A stretch of 64,000 bases of DNA from Deltaproteobacteria bacterium (GTDB taxonomy: Bacteria; Myxococcota_A; Polyangia; Polyangiales; Ga0077539): assembly GCA_947477565.1 (NCBI GenBank), contig CANJUR010000015.1:13470-77469 (forward strand), written 5' to 3'. Shown in pieces: positions 32,267-40,731 of the stretch. The notes below the pieces were generated by a model, which was not told the DNA's origin, ran no database searches, and saw only the letters and a list, made by a program, of their open reading frames with translations. Numbering within the stretch: position 1 is the stretch's first letter; each line of letters starts with the position of its first letter. The position numbers were made by a program, and so were the translations under genes.

Positions 32267-32839
32267 ATGCTGGGACTCGTCTCCACGACTGATCCGCGCT
32301 GGGTCGAGGTGGCCCTCTCGAACCTCGACGCGGTGCTGCTCGACCACCTGCACTGCGAGCTGAAGGCGGCATCCAACGCGACGGCGATGGTGACCCGCTA
32401 CCCGATGCACCTGCGGCTCGCGCGTGAGCTCACAGCCCTTGCGCAGGAGGAGCTTGGCCACGCCGCGCAGGTCTTCGAGGCACTCGCGCAGCGCGGCGTC
32501 ACGGCCACTCCGCCGCCGGAAGACGTCTACGCACGCTCGCTGCAGCGCGCGCTGGCGGACAAGCGCTGCGAGCCGCTGCTCGATCGGCTCGCGGTGGCGT
32601 CGGTCATCGAGGCGCGGTCGTGCGAGCGCTTCGGGCTGCTCGCGACGCACGCGCCGACGGAGGTGCTGCGCGGGTGGTACCGCGAGCTGTTCGCCTCCGA
32701 GGCGAGGCATCATCGGTTGTTCGCCTCGCTGGCAGAGGAGATCTTCGGGGAGGAGCGCGCCCGGGACCGCATCGGGTTCCTGGTGCAGCGGGAGGCGGAG
32801 ATTCTGGCGGGCGCAGCGCCCCTGCCGCGGGTGCATTGA
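32267..32839 (+). CDS. miaE: tRNA-(ms2io6A37)-hydroxylase, ferritin-like diiron enzyme
   Basis: The sequence LLDHLHCELKAASNA...LAQEELGHAAQVFE...VASVIEARSCERF...LFASEARHHRLF matches the MiaE diiron ligand pattern (E, ExxH, E, ExxH) and typical length (190 aa). Confidence 0.8.
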   Translation: MLGLVSTTDPRWVEVALSNLDAVLLDHLHCELKAASNATAMVTRYPMHLRLARELTALAQEELGHAAQVFEALAQRGVTATPPPEDVYARSLQRALADKRCEPLLDRLAVASVIEARSCERFGLLATHAPTEVLRGWYRELFASEARHHRLFASLAEEIFGEERARDRIGFLVQREAEILAGAAPLPRVH

Positions 32840-32867
32840 AGGGACGCGCGGCCCCTCCGCGGGAAGC

Positions 32868-34037
32868 TCAGAGGCCCATGAGCTTGGCGATGTAGTAGCG
32901 CAGGGTCTCGGTGGTGCCGCCGCCGAGGCGGAAGAGCCGCTGGTCACGCCACGCGCGGGCGATGTGATACTCCTCGATGTAACCCCAGCCCCCGTGAAAC
33001 TGCAGCATCGAGTCTGCCACCTCGCTGGTTATGTCGCCCACGAAAGCCTTGGCCATGGAGATCAGCTTGGTGGTCTCGAAGCTCACCGGGCCCTGATCCA
33101 CGTAGCGCTCCTGATTGTAGGCCTCCGCAGCGCGGTAGGTCAGCGCCTCGCAGGCCTCCAGCTTCGTCGCCAGGTCTACGATCTTGTGCTGCCACACCTC
33201 GCGCTTGATGATTGGCTTGCCGAACGCGGTGCGGTCGCGGCCGTAGGCGATGCCCTCCTCCAGGATGAGCTTCGAGCCCGCCGTCGCAGACGCAGAGGCG
33301 ATAAGCCGCTCGCTCTGGAAGTTCTGCATCAGGTAGCGAAACCCTTCGCCCTCCTCGCCCAGCAGGTAGCGCTGCGGGATGCGGCAGTCCTCGAAGAAAA
33401 GCTCCGCGGTGTCGCTCGACCAGTTGCCGATTTTCTTCAGCTTCTTGCTGACATGGAAGCCCTTCACGTCCGTGGGAAAGGTCACGATGGAGATGCCCGC
33501 GTGCCCCGCCTCGGGCTGCGTCTTCAGCATCAGCGTGATGAAGTCCGCGCGCGTCCCGTTGGTGATGAACGTCTTCGACCCGTTGATGACGTAGTCGTCG
33601 CCGTCCTTGCGCGCCCAGGTGCGCATGCCCGCTACGTCCGATCCGCAGCCCGGCTCGCTCACGCCCAGCGCAGCGATCTTCTCCCCGCGCAGCGCGGGCT
33701 TCAGGAACTCCTCGATTTGCTCCGGGCTCCCGAGGTCCGAGAGCACCGGCGTCGCCATGTCGCTCTGCACCATCAGCGCCATCGGCACGCCCGCGGCGCC
33801 GCAGCGCGGTAGCTCTTCTGCCTTGGCGATGGAGTACCAGTAGTCGCCGCCGCTGCCGCCATGCGCCTCGGGGTAATGAGCACCTAGGATGCCCAGCTCG
33901 CCGGCCTTCTCGAACACCCAGCGCGGGAAGAGTTCGTCCTCCTCCCACTGGTCCATGTGCGGGCGCAACTCGCGCTCGCAGAAGTCCCGAACCGTCTTAC
34001 GAAACATCTGGTGAGACTCGGTGTACGGCGTCGCCAT
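32868..34037 (-). CDS. Acyl-CoA dehydrogenase
   Basis: Contains ALGVSEPGCGSDVAGM, FITNG and a C-terminal GGGTTETLRYYIAK. Start is the ATG at 34037, preceded by GAGGAGAG. Confidence 0.9.
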   Translation of the reverse strand: MATPYTESHQMFRKTVRDFCERELRPHMDQWEEDELFPRWVFEKAGELGILGAHYPEAHGGSGGDYWYSIAKAEELPRCGAAGVPMALMVQSDMATPVLSDLGSPEQIEEFLKPALRGEKIAALGVSEPGCGSDVAGMRTWARKDGDDYVINGSKTFITNGTRADFITLMLKTQPEAGHAGISIVTFPTDVKGFHVSKKLKKIGNWSSDTAELFFEDCRIPQRYLLGEEGEGFRYLMQNFQSERLIASASATAGSKLILEEGIAYGRDRTAFGKPIIKREVWQHKIVDLATKLEACEALTYRAAEAYNQERYVDQGPVSFETTKLISMAKAFVGDITSEVADSMLQFHGGWGYIEEYHIARAWRDQRLFRLGGGTTETLRYYIAKLMGL

Positions 34038-34117
34038 CGTCGCTCTCCTCGGCCACTGAATGGCCATTCAGGAGAAGCGTAGTTGCGCCGCCCCCTCGCG
34101 AGCAAGCCGCGCGGGCG

Positions 34118-35146
34118 TCAGTTCTTTGAGGTTCGCCCGCCCAGCACGTCGGCGAGCTGCGTCGCCGCCTGCCGCACCAGCGGAGCGACCTGGCCGTAGT
34201 CCATTCGTGTCGAGCCGATGACCCCGATGGCTCCGGCGCCGAAGCTCGTCGCGACCAGCGAGAGGTCGCTGCCCATGGTGTTGTCGAGCCCGCCGAACAA
34301 CACCTGCAGTCCCCGCGCAGCCATGGTGCGATCGAGCAGGTCGAGCAGCAACTCCTGGTCTTCGAGCGCGATCACCAGCTGCCGCGTAGTCTCCGCGCTC
34401 GCGAACTCCGGCCGCGCGATGAGCTGCGCCGCGCCCTCCACCAGCACCTCGCTCGGCGAGTCGAGCGCCGCGAGCGCCTGCTGTCCCAACGCCAGCGCCG
34501 CGCGCTCCAGCCGATCGCGCCCCGCCCGCCCGGCCTCCAGCTCCTGGGCCAGCGTCGCGCGCACCTGCGCCAGGGTCATCCCCTGCACCTTCGCGTGGAT
34601 CATGTTGTTGGCGCGCTCGAGATCCGCCGGGCTCAGGGTCTCCTCGACCGCGAGCACCCGGTTTTCCACCGCGCCGTTGGTGGCGACCACCACCGCGAGC
34701 ACCTCCCGCGGCCGCAGCGCGATGAACTTCAAATCCCTCAGCACCCAGCTCTCCCCCGGCGGCGGCCGCAGGAGCGCGGCTGATCCGCTGAGCATCGCGA
34801 GCACCCGCGTGGTGTGCCGCAGCGCCGCATCGAAGCCCGGATCGTGCGCCGCCCAGAGGGCCGCGCTCGCCGCAGTGTCGTCCCCGAGGCTCTGGCCCTC
34901 GGCCACGGCGATCATCGCCTCGGCGAAGACCCGCAGCCCCTTGTCCGTCGGGACGCGCCCGGCAGAGGCGTGCGGCTTGGTGAGGTACCCGCCGCCCTCA
35001 AGCTCTGCGAAGACCGAGCGCACCGTCGCGGGCGACATCTCGAGTTCGTGCAGTCGGGTGAGGGCCTTCGAGGCGACGGGCTCTCCCGTAGCGATGAAGT
35101 CGCCGACGGCTGCCAGCAGGATGCGACGCGCACGGTGAGACAACAT
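34118..35146 (-). CDS. hrcA: Heat-inducible transcription repressor HrcA
   Basis: N-terminal wHTH RARRILLAAVGDFIATGEPVASKAL...MSPATVRSVFAELEGGGYLTKPHASAGRVPTDKG. Length is 342 aa. Start is the ATG at 35146. Confidence 0.9.
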   Translation of the reverse strand: MLSHRARRILLAAVGDFIATGEPVASKALTRLHELEMSPATVRSVFAELEGGGYLTKPHASAGRVPTDKGLRVFAEAMIAVAEGQSLGDDTAASAALWAAHDPGFDAALRHTTRVLAMLSGSAALLRPPPGESWVLRDLKFIALRPREVLAVVVATNGAVENRVLAVEETLSPADLERANNMIHAKVQGMTLAQVRATLAQELEAGRAGRDRLERAALALGQQALAALDSPSEVLVEGAAQLIARPEFASAETTRQLVIALEDQELLLDLLDRTMAARGLQVLFGGLDNTMGSDLSLVATSFGAGAIGVIGSTRMDYGQVAPLVRQAATQLADVLGGRTSKN

Positions 35147-35214
35147 CGGTGGAATGCTCGAAGGATCAGCCGCAGAGGGCGCGGCGTCAAACCTCGCATC
35201 CGTCGCGGACTTCC

Positions 35215-35937
35215 CTACTTCCGCTTGCGCCACTCGGTGCGCACCACCCACGCGCTCAGCGCGATGATGAGTCCGACGAGCCCTGCGATGGTGGCCCGCA
35301 GCCCCGCCGCGCTCGCTCGCGCCACAGCGAACGGACCCACCGTTGCCAGCACCGCCACCCGCTGCGCCGTCGCCCGCCGCCGCGTCAGCACCACGGTGAC
35401 GTCGTCCGCGCGCAGCCCCGCCACGGCGCCCGCCACGAGGCGCTGAACCGCTGCGACATCCACGTCTGCGCTGCAGCGCAACAACACCGCCGCGCGCGCC
35501 CGCGCCCCACCCTCGTCACCGGACAGGGCGTCCGTCTCTGGCATCGCAACATGCACTCGCGCATCGACCACCCCGTCGAGCGCCCCGAGCGTCCGCGCGA
35601 TCTCGCCCGCCCGCGCGTGCTCGGCCCGCAGCGCCTCCTCGGCTACGCCACGCAGTAGCCCGCTGCCGACGTAGGTCTCTGCCACGCCCGCTACCTCCCG
35701 CCGCGGCAGCGACTCGTCCGCGAGGGAGGTCACTGCCCGCGCCACGTCGTCCCGCGCCACGCTCACGGTCCACTGCCCCGCAGCGCCTGTTTTGTGCGCG
35801 GCAACGCCCGCTCGGTCGAGCGTCACCATCGCGCGGTTGGCCTCCCCCTCCGCGGTCGCGCTCACGAGCGAAACCTCCTCGCAGCCCGCGAGCAGCAGCA
35901 GCCCCACCGCGGCGGCGCACCCTCGCGCGTGCGCCAC
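35215..35937 (-). CDS. YscJ/EscJ/HrcJ (SctJ)-family ring lipoprotein homologue, orphan
   Basis: Lipobox LLLLAGC. ANRAMVTLDRAGVAAHK...W.V.V...DVARAV and LDGVVDARVHVAMP match the SctJ/FliF ring-building pattern. C-terminal TM GLVGLIIALSAWVV plus a basic tail RTEWRKRK. Confidence 0.65.
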   Translation of the reverse strand: MAHARGCAAAVGLLLLAGCEEVSLVSATAEGEANRAMVTLDRAGVAAHKTGAAGQWTVSVARDDVARAVTSLADESLPRREVAGVAETYVGSGLLRGVAEEALRAEHARAGEIARTLGALDGVVDARVHVAMPETDALSGDEGGARARAAVLLRCSADVDVAAVQRLVAGAVAGLRADDVTVVLTRRRATAQRVAVLATVGPFAVARASAAGLRATIAGLVGLIIALSAWVVRTEWRKRK

Positions 35938-35939
35938 GA

Positions 35940-37703
35940 TCAGAACCCGAAGCCCCAGCTCAGCCCGATGCGCGGCCCGCCGAAGGAGCGCCAGGAGAGC
36001 GACCGCACCGTGCTCGCCACGCAGCCCCTCACGCCCGACGAACCGTTGTTGACCGTGACGCCCATCGCGTGGCCGTTGCCGCCGATGGCGATGCGAAGCG
36101 TCACGTTGCGGGCGCTGCCGTCCCCGAGGCAGCCGGCGAAGCGCGACAGAGCACTGTTGAGCGGACGCACGATTTCGGCGTCCGAGAGGGTTCCGCCTGC
36201 GGGGCCGCCGGCGCCGGCGAAGTTGAAGTCGATGGCCTGCGCCATCGCGGATTCGTAGGTCATTGATCCGCCGCCATGCCCACCGCCACCGCTGGAGTGC
36301 CGCGCGGACGGCGGCGGCGGTGGGAGAAGCACGATGTTGGTCGTCTGCACCCTCAGCTCGCCGCGCGCGATGAGGCTATCGATCTCCGCCGCCGATCGCC
36401 TGTGTCGCCCACCCGGCCCCACCGTGAACCAGAACACCCCGCCCACCATCAGCAGCGCTACGCCGATGGCTCCCGTGATGATCGCCTTGCCCTGCCTGGC
36501 CTGCCCCGCGTCGGCCAGCGCGTCCTTGGTTGCCGCCTGGCGCGCGTCGATGTTGCGCTTGTCCGTCGCGGTCTCGACGAACTCTACGTACTGCGCCCAG
36601 GCGCGCAGCGGGCGTCGCTCGCCGGTCTCCATGTTGGTCACCGCGTCGTCCGCGAGGGCCTCGTGCCGGATGATCGCCGCGATGAGTTCGCGCGCCGACA
36701 GCGGCCCGTGGTCGAGGCCGCCGTGGGAGAACATCCACCGGTCGGCGTCGCCCGTCGTCGCCGCCTGCAGCAGCGACCCGAGGTCGGCGTCGGAGCCGTG
36801 CGCCGTGTCGGGCAGATCGAAGATCACCGGGATCTCCACGTCGTTGGGGTACTCAAACACCACCGGAATCTCCCCCGGCGCGGGGCGCTTCGGCACCACC
36901 GCGGCCTTGTCCGGGGAGACCACGGCGCCGAGGGCGTTCTGCACTTCCGCCATGCTCTCGAAGCGGTCGGCAGGGTCTGGTGAGACGCAGTTTTCGAGGA
37001 TCACCTCGATGGTGATGGGCAGCCCCGGCGCCGCCTCGGACAAACGCACTCGTCGGTCGAAGGGCTTGTTGGTGAGCAGTTCGTAGAGCACCACGCCGAC
37101 GGAGTACACGTCCGAGGCGGGCGTCGGGGTTTGCCCGTTGCGCACCTCCGGGGCCACATAGCGGGTGGACACGGCGTCGAGGAGCACGAGCGGCGTGAGG
37201 AGCCCGAGGCCCGCGAGGCGCACGCGGCCGCCGTCGAAGCGGATGATCTCCGGCGCGATGGCTCCGTGCGCGACCCAGCCGTGCGCGGCGTCGAGGGCGG
37301 TCGTCACGTTGGCGACGAACTCGTACGCCTCGATGGGCGAGTGGGGCCTCGCCTCGCGGGTGCGGGCGTCGATGATGTCCGTCAGCGCGGAGTCGCCGAG
37401 CCGCTCGGTCGCAACGCAGAGCGCTCCGTCCGGGAGCACGGAGGTGCCGAACGGGGCGATGAGCCCTGCATGCTGCACCGACGCGGCCGCGCGCACAGAC
37501 TTGCGGGTGGCTTCGATATGCGCGTTCGGCAGTGCCCCGGCGGGGATGAGCCAGAGCGCGACGAGACGCTGGGTCTTCTGGTCCCGCGCGTGGTGCACCG
37601 AAAGCAAGCCCAGCTTTGTGGCGAGCCCCTCGACCTTGAAGCGTCCACCCACCACGGTGCCCGGGGGCAGCGCGTCGTCGTCGTCGTGCCCGTCCATCAC
37701 CAT
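35940..37703 (-). CDS. Ser/Thr pseudokinase with GYF_2-like domain, single TM and AgmX/PglI-type C-terminal periplasmic domain
   Basis: Kinase fold with YVAPE and VYSVGVVLYELL retained, but HRD is HGA (HGAIAPE), DFG is LAGLG, and the VAIK Lys is replaced (LVALW). Then WMFSHGGLDHGPLSARELIAAI (GYF-like), TM IITGAIGVALLMVGGVFWF, and a C-terminus ending SWGFGF. Start is the ATG at 37703. Confidence 0.8.
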   Translation of the reverse strand: MVMDGHDDDDALPPGTVVGGRFKVEGLATKLGLLSVHHARDQKTQRLVALWLIPAGALPNAHIEATRKSVRAAASVQHAGLIAPFGTSVLPDGALCVATERLGDSALTDIIDARTREARPHSPIEAYEFVANVTTALDAAHGWVAHGAIAPEIIRFDGGRVRLAGLGLLTPLVLLDAVSTRYVAPEVRNGQTPTPASDVYSVGVVLYELLTNKPFDRRVRLSEAAPGLPITIEVILENCVSPDPADRFESMAEVQNALGAVVSPDKAAVVPKRPAPGEIPVVFEYPNDVEIPVIFDLPDTAHGSDADLGSLLQAATTGDADRWMFSHGGLDHGPLSARELIAAIIRHEALADDAVTNMETGERRPLRAWAQYVEFVETATDKRNIDARQAATKDALADAGQARQGKAIITGAIGVALLMVGGVFWFTVGPGGRHRRSAAEIDSLIARGELRVQTTNIVLLPPPPPSARHSSGGGGHGGGSMTYESAMAQAIDFNFAGAGGPAGGTLSDAEIVRPLNSALSRFAGCLGDGSARNVTLRIAIGGNGHAMGVTVNNGSSGVRGCVASTVRSLSWRSFGGPRIGLSWGFGF

Positions 37704-37963
37704 AGCGACGGCGAAGCTACTCCACGTGCGCCCTTCGCGGGAACAAGGTTGCGGCCCCTCCGCCGTGGCGTTCTCCGCCCGCGATGAACCATCAACCTTG
37801 TGCGGGCGGGGCCGGGGGTGGTGACTCTCGGAAATACGGTAAAACAATGGTTCTGACGGTATTTCAGGGTTTCCTCGCATCCCTGCTCATGGACAGCGGC
37901 GGGTCGTCCGCAATGGTTCCCATCCGCGATCGTCCGCCCTCCCCTTTAGGGGTAAAGGGGCCC

Positions 37964-39058
37964 TCAGGTCGCGACGACCGCGCGATCGCGCCCCTCGGAC
38001 TTCGCCGTGTACAGGGCGCGGTCTGCGCGGGCGGCCCATGCCAGGCTCTCCTCGCCCGTCTGAAGCTCGGCCACGCCGATCGAGATCGTGACCGAGATGA
38101 GCTTCTTCTCGAACTCGAACCGGTGCTGTCGGACCGCTTCGACGAGCCGATCGGCCGCGCTGCGTGCCCGCTCGAGCGAGCCGCCCCACAGCATCACCAC
38201 AAACTCCTCGCCACCATACCGGGCGACGAAATCTCGTCGCGATGGGAAGGTGCGCACCATCACATCTGCGACCTCCCGCAGCACGGCGTCACCCGCGAGG
38301 TGCCCGTGCGTGTCGTTGACGTTCTTGAAGTGATCGATGTCGATCATCAGCAGTGAACTCTGGTCGCCGAAGAGCCGGCGCATCGCCATGGCCTGCACGC
38401 AGCGCTCCTCGAAGGCCCGGCGGTTGAAGAGCCGCGTCAGCGGGTCGATGGCGCTCTCGTGCCATGCGATCTCCAGCTCCTGCCCGAGCGTGGCGACCTC
38501 CGTCTTCAACTCCTCGACGGCCTTCTCCTGCCGGAGCGCCTTGTCGCGCCCGATCTGCTGCATGTGCGAGACGACGGAGAGCACCTCGCGGCGGATGACC
38601 TCCGCAGTGCCATCCTGGGCGATCGTCTGCAGCCGAATCATCTCGTTGCCGATCAGGTCGTCGGTCTCGTCGCCGCCTGCCACCACTCCGTCGAGCGCTC
38701 TGAGGGCGGCCCAAAGTGATTGGTGCAACGCGCCCACCGTGCGCGTGACCGCGGCGCTCTCCTCGGTGCGCTTCTCTGCGAAGAAGCGCCGCACGCCCAG
38801 GAAATCACGCCGCTCGAGGGGCAGCGGGGCCGTCGCCGCGTTCTCGCCCGGGCGCAGCGACCCGACCAGGATGTGCTGCGCCCAGCGCTCGCACTGCCGC
38901 CGTACGGTGTCCATGCGCACGTTTTCGATGTCGAACGCGCCCTTGCCGTACTCCCGCAGCAGCCCGGCCAGCGTGTCCATGACCCGCATGAGCCCCGATG
39001 ATTCCTCCGGGGCAGGGAGGGCGGGTGCAGCCTTCGGTTCTTTCTTGAACCAAAACAT
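37964..39058 (-). CDS. Diguanylate cyclase (GGDEF) with uncharacterised helical N-terminal sensor region
   Basis: DPLTRLFNRRAF, the active site RYGGEEF and an RxxD I-site candidate nearby. Start is the ATG at 39058 (MFWFKKEPK). Confidence 0.85.
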   Translation of the reverse strand: MFWFKKEPKAAPALPAPEESSGLMRVMDTLAGLLREYGKGAFDIENVRMDTVRRQCERWAQHILVGSLRPGENAATAPLPLERRDFLGVRRFFAEKRTEESAAVTRTVGALHQSLWAALRALDGVVAGGDETDDLIGNEMIRLQTIAQDGTAEVIRREVLSVVSHMQQIGRDKALRQEKAVEELKTEVATLGQELEIAWHESAIDPLTRLFNRRAFEERCVQAMAMRRLFGDQSSLLMIDIDHFKNVNDTHGHLAGDAVLREVADVMVRTFPSRRDFVARYGGEEFVVMLWGGSLERARSAADRLVEAVRQHRFEFEKKLISVTISIGVAELQTGEESLAWAARADRALYTAKSEGRDRAVVAT

Positions 39059-39188
39059 CGGAACCCAGCAAACCAGAGATCGCGCCCGCCGTCGATGTCG
39101 ATATTCTTCCTGAGTATCCAGTGACTTCACGCTGCTCGTGCGGTCACAAGGTGCGCCTTGTTCGGGAATAGGTTTCAATCGCCCTTCC

Positions 39189-39989
39189 ATGAGCAGTGAA
39201 GATTCTCCCTTCCGCCCGGGACTATTCACCGGCCGGGTCGCGCTAATCACCGGGGGAGGCACCGGTATCGGCCTCGCCATCGCCGATGAACTCGCCGCGC
39301 TCGGCGCCGCCGTTGCCCTTTGTGGGCGTCGCATCGACCCTGTCACGCTCGCAGCGGAAGCCCTCGTCGCGCAGGGGCACCAGGCGATGGCAGGCTCTGT
39401 CGATATCCGTCAGCCCGAGGCCATTGACGCATTCGTGCAGGCGGTTCTCGCCCGGTTTGGGCGCATCGACGTGTTGGTCAACAACGCCGGCGGGCAGTTT
39501 CCATCGCCCGCGAAGCTCATCTCCCCGAAGGGCTTCGAGGCAGTCGTGCGAAACAACCTCCTGGGGACGTTCAACGTCACCAGCGCGGTCGCCAACCTCG
39601 CGATGATTCCGCAGCGCAAGGGGCGGATCATCAACGTCATCGCCAACGTCGCACGGGGCTTCCCTGGCATGGCCCACACCGGCGCGGCTCGCGCGGGCGT
39701 CGACAACCTGACCAAGAGCCTCGCCGTCGAGTGGGCCCCCTACGGCATCCAGGTGAACGCCGTCGCACCCGGAACCATTCGCTCCACGGGCACCGACCGC
39801 TACCCCCCGGAGCTCGTCGTGAAGGCCGAGCAGCAGACCCCCGCCGGTCGCCTCGGGAGCCCCGCGGAGGTCAGCCACCTGGTGACGTTTCTCGCGAGCG
39901 ACGCCGCTGATTACGTGACCGGATCGACCTTCTACATCGACGGCGGAGCCTCGCTCTGGGGCGACATCTGGGAGCTCGATCGTGACTGA
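39189..39989 (+). CDS. SDR-family oxidoreductase (enoyl/dienoyl-CoA reductase-like)
   Basis: Contains TGGGTGIG, NNAG and a catalytic region with AARAG..NLTKSLAVEW. Start is the ATG at 39189. Confidence 0.9.
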   Translation: MSSEDSPFRPGLFTGRVALITGGGTGIGLAIADELAALGAAVALCGRRIDPVTLAAEALVAQGHQAMAGSVDIRQPEAIDAFVQAVLARFGRIDVLVNNAGGQFPSPAKLISPKGFEAVVRNNLLGTFNVTSAVANLAMIPQRKGRIINVIANVARGFPGMAHTGAARAGVDNLTKSLAVEWAPYGIQVNAVAPGTIRSTGTDRYPPELVVKAEQQTPAGRLGSPAEVSHLVTFLASDAADYVTGSTFYIDGGASLWGDIWELDRD

Positions 39990-40731
39990 CCTCGTCCTCG
40001 TGACTATCCCTTTCAGTCACTATTGCGAGAAGGCCCGCTGGGCCCTCGACCGCGCGGGCCTGGCCTACGAAGAGCGTGCTCACCTACCCATCGCGCACTA
40101 CCTCCCAGCGCGCCTCGCGGGCGGCGGCAAGACCGTGCCCATCCTCCAGACGCCCGGGCGCGTGATCACGGACTCGACGGACATCCTCCACTGGATCGAC
40201 GACCGGCTCCCGGAGGCGCAGCGCCTCTTCCCGGCCGATCCAGGCTTACGCTCCGAGGTAAGCCGCTGGGAGGAGCGCTTTGACGCGAAGCTCGGCCCGG
40301 CGACCCGCCGTTGGGCCTACGGGCACCTGCTCCCGGACGGTGAGAACACCCAACGAATCATGCAGAAAAACGTCCCTCGCATCGAGGCCCTTGCGGTGCG
40401 CGCAGCCTTTCCGTTGGCGCGCGCGCTACTTCGCCGCGGGCTCAACATCCATCCCGAGAGCTGCGCCCGCTCACTCGCTCGCATGCACGAAATCTTCGAC
40501 GAGGTGTCCGCGGCGGTGTCCGACGGGCGGGAGTTTCTCGTCGGTCCGCGCCTCTCCGCCGCCGACGTGGCCTTCGCCTCGCTCGCCTCGCCGGCGCTCT
40601 TGCCCGACCGCAACACACGCTGGCTCTGCGCGCGCGCCGCGCTCCCCGTAGCGATGCGCGCTGAGGTTGACCGCCTCCGCGCGACGCCCGCCGGCGCCTA
40701 CGCCTTGCGGCTCTATTCGCACCACCGCTGA
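39982..40731 (+). CDS. Glutathione S-transferase family protein
   Basis: N-terminal thioredoxin-like FSHYCEKARWAL...VPILQ and a helical C-domain. The GTG start overlaps the SDR gene by 8 nt. Confidence 0.75.
   Translation: MTDLVLVTIPFSHYCEKARWALDRAGLAYEERAHLPIAHYLPARLAGGGKTVPILQTPGRVITDSTDILHWIDDRLPEAQRLFPADPGLRSEVSRWEERFDAKLGPATRRWAYGHLLPDGENTQRIMQKNVPRIEALAVRAAFPLARALLRRGLNIHPESCARSLARMHEIFDEVSAAVSDGREFLVGPRLSAADVAFASLASPALLPDRNTRWLCARAALPVAMRAEVDRLRATPAGAYALRLYSHHR

Noticed and set aside
34118-35214. CIRCE operator (TTAGCACTC-N9-GAGTGCTAA) expected near hrcA.
   Set aside because: I could not find the inverted repeat upstream of hrcA or elsewhere in the window by eye. The gene is also not followed by grpE-dnaK here.
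35215-35937. Possibility that the SctJ-like gene marks a type III secretion or flagellar cluster.
   Set aside because: No SctV/N/R/S/T/U/C, FliF/G or other injectisome or flagellar genes are present anywhere in the window. It is treated as an orphan instead.
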